The translations under genes were made by a program, and so were the position numbers. A stretch of 43,082 nucleotides of DNA from Nitrospinae bacterium RIFCSPLOWO2_12_39_16 (GTDB taxonomy: Bacteria; Nitrospinota; Nitrospinia; UBA9942), in contig MHDO01000021.1 of the NCBI GenBank assembly GCA_001805005.1, positions 1-43,082 of the forward strand. Direction: 5' to 3'. A model generated the notes under the pieces. It worked only from the letters and a program-made list of their open reading frames with translations, ran no database searches and had not been told where the DNA came from. Position 1 is the first letter of the stretch, and every line of letters begins with the position of its first letter. Below, one piece after another: positions 41,400-43,082 of this stretch.

Positions 41400-41520
41400 A
41401 TGTATAGGAAATTATAAAATCTTTAGCCACCAAGACACAAAGGCTCAAAGAAATAGGGAATAATTTTTACTTAGTGTCTTCGTGTCTTTGTGGCAAAAAT
41501 TAGGTTTTTGTTTTTCCTAT
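41397..41520 (+). repeat. Gene-boundary hairpin element, AAGACACAAAGG subfamily, copy 3 (head-to-tail with copy 2)
   Basis: TTCATGTATAGGAAATTATAAAATCTTTAGCCACCAAGACACAAAGGCTCAAAG...CTTAGTGTCTTCGTGTCTTTGTGGCAAAAATTAGGTTTTTGTTTTTCCT. The 3' terminus encodes the deacetylase C-terminus. Confidence 0.85.
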
Positions 41521-42546
41521 AAGGCTTTTTAAATGAAATACTACCGACTCCCCTAATGCCTCAAGGTTATATCCACCCTCAAGAACAGATACAATTCTCC
41601 CTTTACAGACCTTATCTGAAGCCTCACAAATAATATCTGTTAGTTTGCCGAATCCTTCGGATGTAATATTCATTGAACCAAGGGGGTCGTTTATATGTGC
41701 ATCAAAACCTGCAGAAATCATAATCAAATCCGGTTTATAATTGATTATCTTAGGATAAATCCTTTTTTTAAAGAGAGAAATATATTCCTTATCACCCTGC
41801 CCATGAGGCAGAGGTAAATTCATTGTAAAACCTTTTCCATCTCCATTTCCAGTCTCGTCAGACCTGCCAGTGCCTGGAAATAGGTATTCCTGATGAAGGC
41901 TTACATAAAAGACAGCAGGATCATTATAGAATGCGTTCTGTGTGCCGTTGCCATGATGAACATCCCAGTCTATGATAAAGACCCTTTTTACATTATACAT
42001 TTTTTGGGCATACTTTGCACCGATTGCAATATTATTAAAAAGGCAGAATCCCATTGCCCTGTCCCTTTCAGCATGGTGTCCGGGCGGCCTTACAGCACAA
42101 AAGACATTATTTACCCCGTTAGAAAGCCCCACCCCTTGTGGGGTGGGGACTAAAGCCCCGTCCTTTCTAACGGGGTTTATCTTTCCTTCAAATACAGCAT
42201 CTACTCCTGTTATAACCCCTCCTGCTGCGAGAAGGGCTGCATCATAAGAGTCTTCTGAAATAACAGTATCTGCATCCAATTCCCCCCTGCCCCCCTTTTC
42301 TAAAGGGGGGAGTGGGGGGATTAACTTTTCACAAGCCTCTTTAACATTGTGAATGTATTCCCTATCATGGATTAATGAAATCTGTTCAACTGTTGCAGGA
42401 ATCGGGGTGAGATTTATCAGTTTTTTTGTCAGATTCTCATTTTCTATCCACTTAATGATTGTTGTAAGACGGTTGGAATTTTCAGGATGATTGCCGGTAT
42501 TATGTTTCAGATATACAGGTGAATACACAAAACCTGTCTTTTTCAT
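41500..42546 (-). CDS. Histone deacetylase-family (AcuC/HDAH-like) zinc amidohydrolase carrying two in-frame palindromic insertions
   Basis: MKKTGFVYSPVYLKH, RPPGHHAERDRAMGFCLFNN, IDWDVHHGNGTQ, ISAGFDAH, LEGGY. ATG 42546 gives the conventional N-terminus. Confidence 0.9.
   Translation of the reverse strand: MKKTGFVYSPVYLKHNTGNHPENSNRLTTIIKWIENENLTKKLINLTPIPATVEQISLIHDREYIHNVKEACEKLIPPLPPLEKGGRGELDADTVISEDSYDAALLAAGGVITGVDAVFEGKINPVRKDGALVPTPQGVGLSNGVNNVFCAVRPPGHHAERDRAMGFCLFNNIAIGAKYAQKMYNVKRVFIIDWDVHHGNGTQNAFYNDPAVFYVSLHQEYLFPGTGRSDETGNGDGKGFTMNLPLPHGQGDKEYISLFKKRIYPKIINYKPDLIMISAGFDAHINDPLGSMNITSEGFGKLTDIICEASDKVCKGRIVSVLEGGYNLEALGESVVFHLKSLIGKTKT
42114..42175. repeat. 62-nt nested perfect palindrome inside the deacetylase CDS
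   Basis: Outer stem CCCCGTTAGAAAG / CTTTCTAACGGGG (13 bp). Inner stem CCCCACCCC / GGGGTGGGG (9 bp), loop TTGT. Confidence 0.85.
42278..42322. repeat. Second copy of the G/C-tract palindromic element, inside the deacetylase CDS
   Basis: AATTCCCCCCTGCCCCCCTTTTCTAAAGGGGGGAGTGGGGGGATT. Encodes IPPLPPLEKGGRGE in the same element frame as the kinase copy. Confidence 0.8.
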
Positions 42547-42622
42547 ATTTAAAGAGTAGCAAATGACATATAGAATCGTCAATTGTAGAACTGATTGAGG
42601 ATTAGTATAGCAGTAAATTAAA

Positions 42623-43082
42623 TCAATGCCTAAATTTCTGATGGCATGTGTTGCAATTGGTTATTAATTCTGACAGCAATACGAGTGCCTTATCACGATT
42701 GCCTGCCTTTGCAGTATCTGCAAGCTCATCAGCCTTTAAGTGAACTGCCTTGCCAAGCGGGACAAAGTCTGCCTCTCCAGCCATTTGTCCGACCAGTGAG
42801 CAGCGTTTCTCCTCTTCCTGAGTCCAGCCAAGCTTTGTCCTTGCAATAGTTGAAGCCTTGTTTAGATCATTTTGTGCAAGGGCAGCAGTTATCTCGCTTA
42901 TGGTGTCAAGGTGCTGTCTCATCATCCCTTTCTGCATGACCTTCATTGGTGCAGGTATCTTAAGCTCTGTCCTGTCATCAGTCTTTGGTCCGCCCTTTTT
43001 CATCATCATTTCATGCATCTGTGCATGTTCATCAGCAAGAGAGACTCCTGCAGTTAAAAATGTGATAGCTGCTGCAATAGAA
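42623..43082 (-). CDS. Class II (four-helix-bundle, cytochrome c'/c556-like) c-type cytochrome; N-terminus lies beyond the window end
   Basis: Single haem motif CNTCHQKFRH at the extreme C-terminus of a helical protein. The reading frame stays open to the window edge (..IAAAITFLTAGVSLADEHAQMHEMMMKK), which looks like a signal peptide. Confidence 0.7.
   Translation of the reverse strand, partial: SIAAAITFLTAGVSLADEHAQMHEMMMKKGGPKTDDRTELKIPAPMKVMQKGMMRQHLDTISEITAALAQNDLNKASTIARTKLGWTQEEEKRCSLVGQMAGEADFVPLGKAVHLKADELADTAKAGNRDKALVLLSELITNCNTCHQKFRH

Overview
This window is 43 kb of an AT-rich, repeat-laden chromosome, apparently from an uncultivated diderm environmental bacterium. The taxon cannot be fixed from sequence alone. 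I call 44 protein genes. I see no rRNA, tRNA, CRISPR array or transposase.

Blocks from left to right:
(i) A minus-strand envelope-stress module: a partial HlyD-type adaptor, a Spy/CpxP-like protein, DoxX with an apparent -1 frameshift at an A7 tract, and an anti-sigma/ECF sigma pair with two matching GGAACTT-N15/16-GTCTA promoters.
(ii) A CPA2-type antiporter.
(iii) An eight-gene minus-strand periplasmic thiol-redox / c-type cytochrome cluster with several non-canonical motifs: a CX3CH haem-type site, a WCPC thioredoxin fold, a Cys-rich CcmH-like protein, CcdA, TlpA and a Cys-less FGE-fold protein.
(iv) A sigma-54 activator, then a TGGTAT-N5-TTGCA promoter and a secreted cytochrome c.
(v) An ABC-2/GldG/DUF4340 exporter.
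(vi) A small cytochrome c, two more FGE-fold paralogues, a LivJ-like binding protein and a histidine kinase.
(vii) A Zn-ribbon-REC protein and an XRE regulator with divergent promoters.
(viii) A 915-aa membrane/spermidine-synthase/TPR fusion and an orphan sigma-54 activator.
(ix) Housekeeping genes rplU-rpmA-obg-proB-proA-nadD-rsfS-dksA-like.
(x) An NtrC-type two-component pair, an HDAC-family deacetylase and a partial class II cytochrome c.

The most unusual content is the non-coding architecture:
- A family of about 100-160 bp gene-boundary elements with conserved termini and variable, internally complementary decamer-repeat hairpin cores (11 copies). Some copies donate start codons, stop codons and C-terminal tails to flanking genes.
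- G/C-tract palindromic elements inserted in frame into a kinase and into the catalytic core of the deacetylase.
- Pervasive heptanucleotide tandem arrays that encode signal peptides and linkers.

The best candidate for an undescribed protein system is the non-canonical redox/cytochrome maturation cluster at 4239-9710. All functional calls rest on motif recognition by eye. No database search was possible.
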